Positions 39,301 to 52,200 of a stretch of 64,000 bases of DNA are shown piece after piece. The notes under the pieces are model-generated. The model did no database searches. It saw only the letters and a list, made by a program, of their open reading frames with translations, and was not told where the DNA came from. This DNA comes from Octopus bimaculoides (lineage: Eukaryota). The stretch spans positions 144,423,821 through 144,487,820 of the forward strand of contig NC_068984.1 in assembly GCF_001194135.2 (NCBI RefSeq). The letters are read 5' to 3'. Made by a program: the position numbers and the translations under genes. How positions within the stretch are numbered: the first letter of the stretch is position 1; the number at the start of each line of letters is the position of its first letter.

Positions 39301-41408
39301 AACCCTTACCAATGCCGTATTCAAATGAATACTGAACACAATTGGTCAGCACCACCTACACTGTCACTGCACAGCAGACCACGTAGATCCACTGCTGCTG
39401 CTGCCGTTAATCCCAGTTTTTCTCAGGTTCTATAATGGTTCCCTCCCCACCTTCCTTACATCGTGTTCATCCAGCAAGGATGATGATAATGATGCATCTA
39501 TTTCTTGGTCCATTCCATTACAGAGATAAAACGAAGATAAAAAGATATTGATATAAATGAGAGTAACCCATCAAATGATGATGATGATGACAATAAACTA
39601 CAATTCACTCCCCCCCCCCCCNNNNNNNNNNNNNNNNNNNNNNNNNNNNNNNNNNNNNNNNNNNNNGAATTAGAATGTAAACAGAACAAAATACCACATT
39701 AGTTCTCAGCATGCATGCACACACACACACACACACGCACACCGAGAAAATAATTAGAGAAAGGAGTGCATCATTATCATTAATATTATTATTATTATAT
39801 AAGAGCAGGGGTTATAAAACATCATTTAATGTATTTAGAGCCTCCCACTGCTACACTATCTCACACACACACACACACACAGAGTAGCCCTAACGTAATA
39901 TATAATTATGGTAAAGGCAGTTACGTATGCTATATAATGCTATCATATACAGATGCGTATATACATTCAATTAAATTGTCTTCCTTAAAAAAATAACATA
40001 TGTTGCACCAAACCAAAGAATACATTAGATTTAATTATAAACTCAAAATAATTCCAAAACGAGAGAACCATATTTGAAATTACAAAAAGAAAATGCTAAT
40101 ATGATGCACCAATAATGAGATGTCTGTATGGTCGCTCAGCCTCCCGAAAAAAGCAGGTAAATCTCCGTCACTAGTTTCTGGAGAAAATGCCATGTTGGAT
40201 AATATAATGTGAAAATCCATCTGTAAAGACAGGATGGTCACAAGTGGAATGTCTTTGATTATTGGTCTGCTTGACTGGCACTAAACAGCATTGAGTCCCA
40301 CCAGAACTCAAAAAGAGTAACCTCATAACCTGGAATCAACTGGTCTTACACAGGATCTTATACGGAGCTACATATATAGAACATCTGAGTTGACAAGTTA
40401 TCCACAAGCTGATGTCAGAACATCTGTTGCCATTGGTGGAACATGTACAAGTTTTAGCAAACAGCAAACAAAAGCATTTCCAAAGTAGGTCACCATATTA
40501 TATCTCAAGTACATTGAAATATTTCGAGATAAGAAAAATAAATTTAGAAATAAAACAAATTATTTGGAGACATATGATTGTTATTGTATAATTCCAGGTC
40601 AACTCAGATCTTACTGACCAATGGTCACTGCCCAAAACTCTTTTGGTTCCACCAACCACTTCTATAAGTATTCTCATCTCTAACGCCTTTACTGGAAGAG
40701 GTTGTGATATTCTGAGATGCGCTCTGGATGTTATAGATAGAGAGTCATCTCCAGTACCAGACATTGCGAACGACACATGGCAGGAACGGGTGGGGGGAGT
40801 TACAAATAGTGGTCTCCTGAAATGTGTTGGGGAGGAACCTCTGCCACGAGGTTCCCTGTAGTACAGCAGTATTCAGACATTGGTATGTGACATTCATTAT
40901 GGCGTTCCTTCTTCTATGGACGATATAACGCTGATACCAGTTTACTCAATCATTACTCGTTGAGGTGAATCCACTTCCACCAGCTAAGAAGACATTCCAG
41001 AGACCACCTGATAAGCAGCCATCTCCAGCAGCACATTTAACCATTGTCTTTATTCTCTTTCTTCTCACTGACTGACAATGTGGTTTTTGAAAGGCAGAAA
41101 ACCATATTGAAGTTGAGAGATCGTGGCCTCTAACAGATATTAAGATATTGTGTGAATCAGATGGAGTTTATTGAGGCGTTTATGTTCTACAACTAGATCC
41201 CCTTTCTATATTGCTAACCCACACTTGTTTCCAAGCTCAGTAATATCTCGCCCATGGCCAGACATGTTTTTGGAGAATATTGGAAATGAATGACACTGCT
41301 TGAATGACAGTGACACTTCTTTACAGCTATCACATGATGTCACGACAAGGAGACACAAACATAACACTCTCTCACACACAGAGACATATGTAAGAAGCCC
41401 TTCATGTA

Positions 41409-41449
<41 letters not shown>

Positions 41450-42617
41450 ATAGAAACATGAAGGGCTTCTTACAGTTTCCATCCACCAAATCCACTCACA
41501 AGACTTTGGTTGGCCCAGTACTATAATAGAAGACACTTGTCCAAGGTTCCACACAGTGGGACTGAACCTAAAGCCATGTGGCTAGGAAGAAAACTTCTTA
41601 ACCACACAGCCACCTCTGAGCCCATTACAATAACCTACTCCACCCCCATATAGGATGCCACAACCTCTATTACCTCATTACAAAACCGTTACTCCTGATA
41701 TTTCACCAAAGTACCATCACCCAATTGTATAACCCCAAACTTAATTAACCAAGAAATGATAATTAGGGAGGCACATGCCCTAACACTTCTGTCGCTATGG
41801 TGACACACAAACACTACAAGGTAAAACATGGAAGTGGCTGTGTAGTAAGTAGCTTGCTTACCAACCACATGGTTCCAGGTTCAGTCCCACTGCATGGCAC
41901 CTTAGGCAAGTGTCTTCTACTATAGCCTCGGGCCGACCAAAGCCTTGTGAGTGGATTTGGTAGATGGAAACTGAAAGAAGCCCGTGATATATGTGTGTCT
42001 GTGTTTGTCCCCCCACCATCGTTTGACAACCGATGCTGGTGTGTTTACGTCCCCGTAACTTAGTGGTTCGGCAAAAGAGCCCAATAGAATAAGTACTAGG
42101 CTTACAAAGAATAAGTCCTGGGATCGATCTGCTCGACTAAAGGCGGTGCTCCAGTATGGCCGCAGTCAAATGACTGAAACAAGTAAAAGAATAAAAGAAT
42201 ACCCACTACCCCTAAGAGATGGTAGATCAGCTCTGGTCACATGACCTTAATGTGATTAGAGGCAAATCTCCCCTGGATATGGTACCAAAGTTAATATGGA
42301 GAGTTAATGTATATAAATTGTTCTGCCTTTGAAATAAAGCAAAATGCCTGCAGAAGGTGTGGACTTATGACCTTCAAAGCATGTAATTCAAACATATTCC
42401 ATTATTTATTTAGCCTTATTTTCTGGACACAAACCTGATAATGGACAGCCAAGGAACTGTCCTTATATTGTTACACAGAAACTAACAGTATGGAAGAGAA
42501 AGAAGATTAAAAACCAACAAGAGATTAATATGATTGATGATTTCAACATGATGAGGGACTGGAGAGGAAAAAGAGACAGGGAAATAGATATACATACATG
42601 CCTACATATGTATATAA

Positions 42618-42662
<45 letters not shown>

Positions 42663-43599
42663 AAGAGAGGGGGAGAGAGAAATAGATAGGGGAGGATGAA
42701 AGATAGCAAAGCTCAATGGAAGATGTAAGTTTGTGGTGGCACTGTGCCAGGATAGATTGGTTGTAAGAGTGTGTTAAGAAAAGAGAGAAGTGTTTGTTAT
42801 TTACACAAGTGAACGAGTGTGTTGGGTGTTGAGAAAGAGAGAAGAGTTGACATGGATAGTGAAATGATGTGTGTGCCAACATTGCAAATTATGAGAGTGT
42901 AAAGGAAAATGATTGAACGTAGGGAAGAGGGAATTGATATGTACGGTGATAGGGGTGGAGTGTAGATCAGGTGTGGCTGTGTGGTTAAGGTGGTTGCTGC
43001 CCAACCACAGGGTTTCAAATTCAGTGCACCAACTGAATATCACATTTTCTAGGCAGATAGTAGTTGAGGAGACAGTAGAGTCACACGGGGAAAAGACAGC
43101 ACAGAGTCACAGAAAAGGGGAGACAGCTTAGATCTGCTGGGGAAAGATAGTGTAGAGTCACAGGGGCGAGGCAGTAGAGTTGCAGCGAGAGTCAGTGTAG
43201 TCATGGGGGGGGGGGCACAGTGTGGAGTTGCAAGAGGAGACAGTGTAGAATCACAGGGGAGAGAAGGGGAGGCAGAATTGAGTTTCAGAGGGAGTCAGTG
43301 CAGAGTTGTGGAGGAAAAAAGCATAAAGCTGCAGGGAGGGGTGAGGGAGATGTTATAGAGTTGTTGTTGAAGAGTCATGAAGGTAGACAAGGGTAGAGTC
43401 AGTGTGAGAAGAGAATGCAGAGAGTCATGGGAAAGATGTTGGTATTACAGGTGAGACATTTGAAATGTCATTTGGTATATGTACAAGAGACATGATGAGT
43501 TTGTAACAAAAGATGAGAGTTGGGTAAAGAAGGGGGAAGGTGGGTGCAGTCGAGTTAGGTCAATGAAGACACACGTACATATATGTATATATATATATT

Positions 43600-43640
<41 letters not shown>

Positions 43641-46600
43641 NNNNNNNNNNNNNNNNNNNNNNNNNNNNNNNNNNNNNNNNNNNNNNNNNNNNNNNNNNNN
43701 NNNNNNNNNNNNNNNNNNNNNNNNNNNNNNNNNNNNNNNNNNNNNNNNNNNNNNNNNNNNNNNNNNNNNNNNNNNNNNNNNNNNNNNNNNNNNNNNNNNN
43801 NNNNNNNNNNNNNNNNNNNNNNNNNNNNNNNNNNNNNNNNNNNNNNNNNNNNNNNNNNNNNNNNNNNNNNNNNNNNNNNNNNNNNNNNNNNNNNNNNNNN
43901 NNNNNNNNNNNNNNNNNNNNNNNNNNNNNNNNNNNNNNNNNNNNNNNNNNNNNNNNNNNNNNNNNNNNNNNNNNNNNNNNNNNNNNNNNNNNNNNNNNNN
44001 NNNNNNNNNNNNNNNNNNNNNNNNNNNNNNNNNNNNNNNNNNNNNNNNNNNNNNNNNNNNNNNNNNNNNNNNNNNNNNNNNNNNNNNNNNNNNNNNNNNN
44101 NNNNNNNNNNNNNNNNNNNNNNNNNNNNNNNNNNNNNNNNNNNNNNNNNNNNNNNNNNNNNNNNNNNNNNNNNNNNNNNNNNNNNNNNNNNNNNNNNNNN
44201 NNNNNNNNNNNNNNNNNNNNNNNNNNNNNNNNNNNNNNNNNNNNNNNNNNNNNNNNNNNNNNNNNNNNNNNNNNNNNNNNNNNNNNNNNNNNNNNNNNNN
44301 NNNNNNNNNNNNNNNNNNNNNNNNNNNNNNNNNNNNNNNNNNNNNNNNNNNNNNNNNNNNNNNNNNNNNNNNNNNNNNNNNNNNNNNNNNNNNNNNNNNN
44401 NNNNNNNNNNNNNNNNNNNNNNNNNNNNNNNNNNNNNNNNNNNNNNNNNNNNNNNNNNNNNNNNNNNNNNNNNNNNNNNNNNNNNNNNNNNGCAATACTG
44501 CAGTGTTGTGAGGAGGAGGAGGAGGAGGAGGGTGGGAAGGAAGTGGAGATAAACTGACAGAATACTTGGTATAGATACATGAAGAGAGGGATTGATCAAC
44601 AAGAGAAGGTATATTGGAGGTATAGGGGAGCTGTGGGAGAATCATCAGCATCATCATCATCATCAGCATCATCATCATCATCATCATCAGCAGCAGCATT
44701 ATTGTAAACTCGCACTCAGTCAATCAGGACGATGAGGATCCTAGTTGATCCAATCAACGGAACAGCGTGCTTTTGCAATTAACATGCATGTGGCCGAGTA
44801 CTCCACAGATACATTGCACCCTTAATGTAGTTCTCAGGGAGATTCAGCTTGATATGGAATGTAACAAGGCTGGCCCTTTGAAATACAGGGACCACTCACT
44901 TTCACCTGATGAATGCATTCGAGCAACGTGAAATAAAGCGACTTGCTCAAGGACACAACATGTTGCTTGGTTTCAAACTCATGACCTTGTGATCATGGGC
45001 TGAATGTCCCTAACCACTAGGCCACATGCCTTCACCATTATTGTTATGACAGTCATTTCCCAATGTTGGCAGGTGTCGGAAGATCCCTGCAACATCTTAT
45101 GTTGTCATCTCTGTGACATCCAACATCCGAAGATCTAACCGGATCCCTTCTTCTCGACTCTTGTTTAATCTTACCTCTACCACAGCATCCTTCTTACATC
45201 TATACCCAAACACACATTACACGTCCAAAGAGTTCCTTCGTCAAACAGCAATTGATAGTCTTAATGTGTCATCTGCTAAATCTCTGATGCTCCAGCTGGT
45301 CCTAATCTCCTAGCTCATACTGCCAATGTTCCTAACGATACCCCTAACACCCAAGCTGATATGACTAAGGCCTCAGCTAATACTCCTTATGTGCTAGCAG
45401 ACACCCTTAATAACCCCTACACCCCAGATGGGGTGCTCCTAATAACCCTCATATTAATAGCTTCAGGTTGACCAAAGCCTTGTGAGTAAAACAGAAACTG
45501 CATAGAAGCCCAGTGGATGGACTGGATCTGTAATTCAGTGAACCAGTCTTGGGTCACACTGGGTCACAATGATTCCACTGGAGAATTACAGTAATGGTAA
45601 ACACTCACGCAATTCATGTATTTACGTTTCCATAACTTAGTGCTTCAGCAAAAGAGAGCAACAGAACAACTACAACATACCACACTAAAAAAAAAATGTA
45701 ATTTACTGGGGTCGATTTGTTTGACTAAAATTCTTCAGTGTAGTGCCCCAGCATGGCCACAGTCTAAATACTGAAACAAAATAAAAAAAGATGAAGGATA
45801 TATGATGGATGGATGTTCCTGCTGATTTTTGCATGAGTACCCAGTTGTTCAATGCATTGAGCAGCCTCCTCGTCGAATTACCATATTTGATGGCCTAAAA
45901 GACACCTTTTTTTTTTACCCAAAAATGGCTTTAGAAATCCCTGCCTAAGATTCCACACAGTGAGACTGAACCTGGAACCATGGGGTTGAGAAGCAAACTT
46001 CTTACCACACAGCCACGTCTCTCTATGAATTGGTACACACAAATTTTTTAGGCAAATGAAATTTATGTATAATAAGCTAGCAGTGTGAGAATGAGTGAGT
46101 GAGAGAGAGAGAGAGAGATCCTCATCCCATGATCCATGATCATGGGATGGATCTGATAGTTTGACAAGTATCTGATGGCTCCAAGGACTGCATTGTGCTC
46201 CAATGTCTATTTTGGCATGGTTTCTACAGCTGGATGCCCCTCCGAACACCACTTCACTGTGTACTGGGAGCTTTCATTTTTGTGGCACCAGCATTAGTGA
46301 GGTCACCATGCAGCTTGCAAGACTACAAATCGTGAGAGTAGTTTTAGGATGAAGGGGGTTGAAGTATGAGGAAAGTGTCGGGGGGNNNNNNNNNNNNNNN
46401 NNNNNNNNNNNNNNNNNNNNNNNNNNNNNNNNNNNNNNNNNNNNNNNGGGGGGGGGGGGCAGGTTTCTTGCTGAAAATGGGCCACATAGCTTCTCACATT
46501 TTAGAAGGAACGGGGGGGGGGTGATTAGGATGGAGGTAGGAAGAGATAAAAATAGTTGTGATGAGATGTTTGGGTGGACCCCCAAAATATGAGGTGAGTA

Positions 46601-47548
46601 GGAGTGAGTGTGACATTAGAATTGGGGAAGGGGTGAGTGTGTAGTGGGTGAGAGATGGAGGAGGAGTAAGGAGATGAATGTAGTGACTGATGGATAAGGG
46701 GTGGGGTAAGCAATGATGCATGGGATGTATAGCAGAACAGTAAAGATAGTAAACAGGACGATCAATGTAAAATGTGGGTGGAGAAGACAATATTAAGGAT
46801 GGATATCAAGTGGGTTGGTTCCAGGCAGTGAGAAAGATTATTGGCACGAAGAAAATGTTGCAATTAGAGAAATGATGGATGGTAAGGGTGTCTGGAAGAA
46901 GAAATTCGGTGAAAGGCCCAGTTGTGTGCACACACACACCATTTTTTTGATAAATGTACACTTCTTGTCAAAAAGTGGCTAAACCACATTTTTATCTCTC
47001 AATGAACAGAAAAATTCAAATTCAAACAGTTTCTAGTCTTTTTAGAGCTTCATCAAAAAAAAAAAAATATCCATTTTCTTTTCACAGAGCCCAAAACAGA
47101 AAAGAAAAAAATATGCCGTAACCATTATTTCTTTTCACATTGAGGCTAAAATTGTACGTTTACGAAAAGAGGTTGACATTTCATTTCAAATAATCAAAAA
47201 ACAAATAAATAAAGAAATTGATTAATTACTAACAGAAAATTTAGTGCATTATTTATTAATATATCATATTGTATTGGACAATTGTATTACCTTCCATTCA
47301 TGCACAGAGACACACACATCTATATCATCTCTCTCTCTCTCTCTCCACACAAAACAGGTAGACAGAGTCCTGTACCAACATGCTTCATTACATCTTTTAT
47401 TCCTCTCCTCCAACTGTCCCTCTCCTTAAAATCTTGACTCTCTCTCTCTCTCTTTTCAGTTTCCTCCACCCACAATGATACATTCTACTCTGCCTTCAAC
47501 TCTTCCACAAGATAAATTGGCAGGAGCCTACAACATCCAACTTAGAAA

Positions 47549-47580
<32 letters not shown>

Positions 47581-49228
47581 AGCATATACACAGGCGCTAT
47601 CAAATACACGCGCACAGAGTCACATCACCAACACTTCCCAAAATAGCTACTAACACACACACACACACACATCAACATACGCAAGTACACAATCACAAAC
47701 ATACTCGTCAGTGGAAATATTGACTGTATCAAAATTCCTGTAGCCAAACCTACTGCAGCCACCACCACCACCACCACCACCACTACTACTACTACTACCA
47801 CCACCAAAAGCATCATCATCATCTTTACTGCAACCGCTATAGCCAGTAGCTCTATCATTAGAGTGGCAATCAGCCGAAATGCCTCCAGTGTACAGTCACC
47901 ATGACCACCACTACCAATAACAGCATTGCTGTTTGGTTATAGGAAATCAGAGAAGGAGAGAGAGAGAAAGAGTGAAGGAGAGAAAGAGAGACGAAGAAAG
48001 CTGGAGAAAGAAAAAGGGTGAGTGATGGAGGGGGAGAAGGAGAGTACATATATTATTCTCAATAGGTCACTAGGTGTACTTTAAAGTACATAGACAGACA
48101 GACACACACACACACACACACACACACAAATGCATGTACATGCACTGTGCTGAAATTATACGCATGTATGTGTGTGTGTGTGTGTGTGTGTTCATATGTA
48201 GTTTTATATACACAAGCACAAAGAAATAGACACATAGATACACACACACACATACACACCTGCAGTTATATAAGCAGTTACGAATAGAATGAAGGACAAG
48301 TAGTGGCTATTGACAGGGGTGTGGTGGTGTGTTGTGGTGGTACAGGAGGGCGGGGAGTTGGTGTTGTTGTTTATCCCCCACCCACCCACCNNNNNNNNNN
48401 NNNNNNNNNNNNNNNNNNNNNNNNNNNNNNNNNNNNNNNNNNNNNNNNNNNNNNNNNNNNNNNNNNNNNNNNNNNNNNNNNNNNNNNNNNNNNNNNNNNN
48501 NNNNNNNNNNNNNNNNNNNNNNNNNNNNNNNNNNNNNNNNNNNNNNNNNNNNNNNNNNNNNNNNNNNNNNNNNNNNNNNNNNNNNNNNNNNNNNNNNNNN
48601 NNNNNNNNNNNNNNNNNNNNNNNNNNNNNNNNNNNNNNNNNNNNNNNNNNNNNNNNNNNNNNNNNNNNNNNNNNNNNNNNNNNNNNNNNNNNNNNNNNNN
48701 NNNNNNNNNNNNNNNNNNNNNNNNNNNNNNNNNNNNNNNNNNNNNNNNNNNNNNNNNNNNNNNNNNNNNNNNNNNNNNNNNNNNNNNNNNNNNNNNNNNN
48801 NNNNNNNNNNNNNNNNNNNNNNNNNNNNNNNNNNNNNNNNNNNNNNNNNNNNNNNNNNNNNNNNNNNNNNNNNNNNNNNNNNNNNNNNNNNNNNNNNNNN
48901 NNNNNNNNNNNNNNNNNNNNNNNNNNNNNNNNNNNNNNNNNNNNNNNNNNNNNNNNNNNNNNNNNNNNNNNNNNNNNNNNNNNNNNNNNNNNNNNNNNNN
49001 NNNNNNNNNNNNNNNNNNNNNNNNNNNNNNNNNNNNNNNNNNNNNNNNNNNNNNNNNNNNNNNNNNNNNNNNNNNNNNNNNNNNNNNNNNNNNNNNTCAG
49101 AGATCTGGATGGTTGTTTATATTCTTGGTCTGTGAAAATGGCAAGAATATGTACAACCATCCAGATCTCTGAAAACCTTATTTTTTTCTAATATATTATA
49201 TCTGTACATCACCTCCAAACCTAATATA

Positions 49229-49262
<34 letters not shown>

Positions 49263-52200
49263 CGGGCTTCTTTCAGTTTCCGTCTACCAAATCCACTCAC
49301 AAGGCTTTGGTTGGCCCAAGGCCAGAGTAGGAGACACTTGCCCAAGGTGCCATGCAGTGGGACTGAACCTGGAACCATGTGGTTGGGAATAATAATGGAA
49401 TAAGCAGAGCAAGAGCATGCACAAAGATGGAAAGTGTCACTGAAGATGTGTGATGAAAGATTTCCGGACTATGGACATCATCATTGCTTAACGTCCATTT
49501 TCCATGTTGGCATGGATTTGACGGTTTGACTGAGGTCTGGAAAGCCAGTGGTTGCACCAGGCTCCAGTCTGATCTGGTAATATTTCTACAGCTGGATGCC
49601 CTTCCTAACGTCAACCACTCCAAATGTGTAGTGGGTGTGTTTTTACATGCCACCAGCACAGGGGCCAGTCAGGTGGGCCTGGCATCAATCATGTTCGGAT
49701 AATGCTTTTTTTGTGCCACCGCCACAGGAGCCAGTCTGGGGGCACTGGTATCAGCCACATTTGGACACGAGTTAGAATAATAATAGTGTTTTCTTTATTA
49801 GCTGCTAAGGGTTCGTAAAAAACATTGGTGAGAGTACGGGACGATATGTGGGATAACAACATAAGTGATGCAGGAGAATTGAAAAACGGTTCTATATTTA
49901 GTGAGGAATTGTCTTGCAGTACAACCAGCCAAGACTGACAAATAATCAATATATCTATATTTAAGACTGTTCAGTTTCTATATTTAAATTTGTTGAGAGA
50001 TGTGTGTGTGTATGTGTGTGTGTGTGTGTGGTAAGACGTTTGCTTTCCAACCACATGGTTCCTGGTTCAGTTCCAGTGCATGGCACCACTGCTTGACAAC
50101 CAGTATTGGTATGTTTATGTCCCTGTGACTTAGCAGTTCGGCAAGAGAGACTGATAGAATAAGTACCAGGTTTAATAAAAAAAAAAAACACAGATACTGG
50201 GTTTGATTCATTTGACTAAAATTCCTTCAACGTGGTGAGCCAGCATGGCTGAAATCAAATGACTGAAGGAAGATTATATATATATATATAAAAACCACAC
50301 GTACACACAGATACACCTTATATATATTGAAAATATTGAAATGATAGGAAATTTTGTATCAATCAATAAAAATAATGGCTCTTTACAGAAGAACTAGCTC
50401 CTGCAAATGTGTAAGGGAAAGAAAATATAGTCCATAATATCAACCCCATTACATGACTGGTACTTGTATTGCTCAGTGGAAGAATGAAAGGAACAAGAAA
50501 CTGACGGAGTTGATGCCAAGGCTGCCTGACTGGCTCCTGTGCCGGTGGCACGTAAAAAGCACTATCCAAATGTGATCGATGCTAGGCCCACCTGACTGGC
50601 TCCTGTGCCGATGGCACGTAAAAAGCACCCACTACACTCTCAGAGTGGTTGGCATTAGGAATGGCATCCAGGTGTAGAAACATTGCCAGATCCTGGTGCA
50701 GCCGTTGGCTTTCCAGACCTCAGTCAAACCATCAAACTCATGCCAGAATGGAAAACGGACGTTAAATGATGATGATGATGATGTAAAATGATAAAACTAA
50801 ATACTGACGGCAGTTTATCGGTTGTTCTGCCAGCAATATTCATTAATAATAATCCTTTCTACTGGAAGCACAAAACCTCAAATTTGGGGGAAGGAATTAA
50901 GTCAATTACATCGACCCCAGTGCATAACTGGTACTAATTTTATTGACCCTGAAAGGATGAAAGGCAGAGCCGACCTCAGCGGAATTTGAACTCAGAACAT
51001 AACAGCAGATGAAATACCACCAAGCATTTTGCCTGGCATGCTAACGATTCTGCCAACTCGTTGCCTTAATAATAATAATAATCCTTTCTACTATAGGCAA
51101 AAGGCCTGAATTTGTGGGCAGGGGACTAGTCGATGTAATCGACCTCACTGTTTCACTGGTACTTAATTTATTGACCCTGAAAGAACGAAAGGCAAAGTTG
51201 ACCTTGGTAGAATTTGAACTCAGAACATGCAGATGGATGAAATGCCACTAATAATAGTAACTGCTTAGAAGTATTATTTAAAAAAAAAAAAATAATAGGA
51301 CAGTCTCAATAGTGTGTGACATATCTAGAAAATAACTGAAATTTATGGAAACTTATATCAATAATTAAAGAATAGAACAGGAAATAAACAATTAAAATAA
51401 CAACAAAATAAAAAATGCAAAGTCATCAATAACATTCAGACAAGAATATTGATCTAGAAATTGATTGGGCGATTAAGAAGGCCAAGTTAAAAATATCAAA
51501 AATGTAAGTGGAGAATAGAGCAGGAACAGAATTTTCAAATAGTCCCAATAGAAATATGAAAGAAGAAGAATTAGTCTGTAGCCGTCTTGTGGTTGAATAA
51601 GATTTGGTAAATGTCCTGGAAGATCGGAATATATGGTTTAACTGTTTTGGTACCATATTCCTGTTGAAATATATTGCCTTTGTTTCAATTTAATTTGGAA
51701 ATAATGAACAGTTTAGAAGAATAATTTTGTCGTTATTAAGTTGGTGTTTGGAACATATATTGAAATGGAATTTTGAAAGAAAGATTTTAATTTAGATCCC
51801 TTTAAAACAGGAAGTTTGTATCATAGAACCGGGGTGGGGTGATCTCAGACGGTTTGGTATCAAAAGGGTCAATTGAGAGATCATTTATGTTTGGCTTCAT
51901 GATGTGAAGTGAACATGAAACAGATTTCAACCTGCATAGGACACCAGTCTGTTCTAAATAACATTCCGCATGTGATCAGGTATGTCTACCTAGCAACAAC
52001 TAGGTTCACATGAACAAAATAAAATATAGTGCTCTCTCCCAGAGAAAAGGGTAAATTGCTCTCTTTCTCCCACCTGGAAAAGACCCCAGTCTATGACAGG
52101 GACCTGATATCACTTCAAGACAGCCGGGTGAATTGTATGTGAGACGGGCTTCTTTTGATTTCTGTGTACTAAATCTGCCTGAGGCAGTAGCAGAAGATAC

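Noticed and set aside
40640-41100. RT-like MDDITL motif suggesting a LINE
   Set aside because: It is a single short motif with no supporting RT blocks around it; possibly a decayed element, but not supportable.
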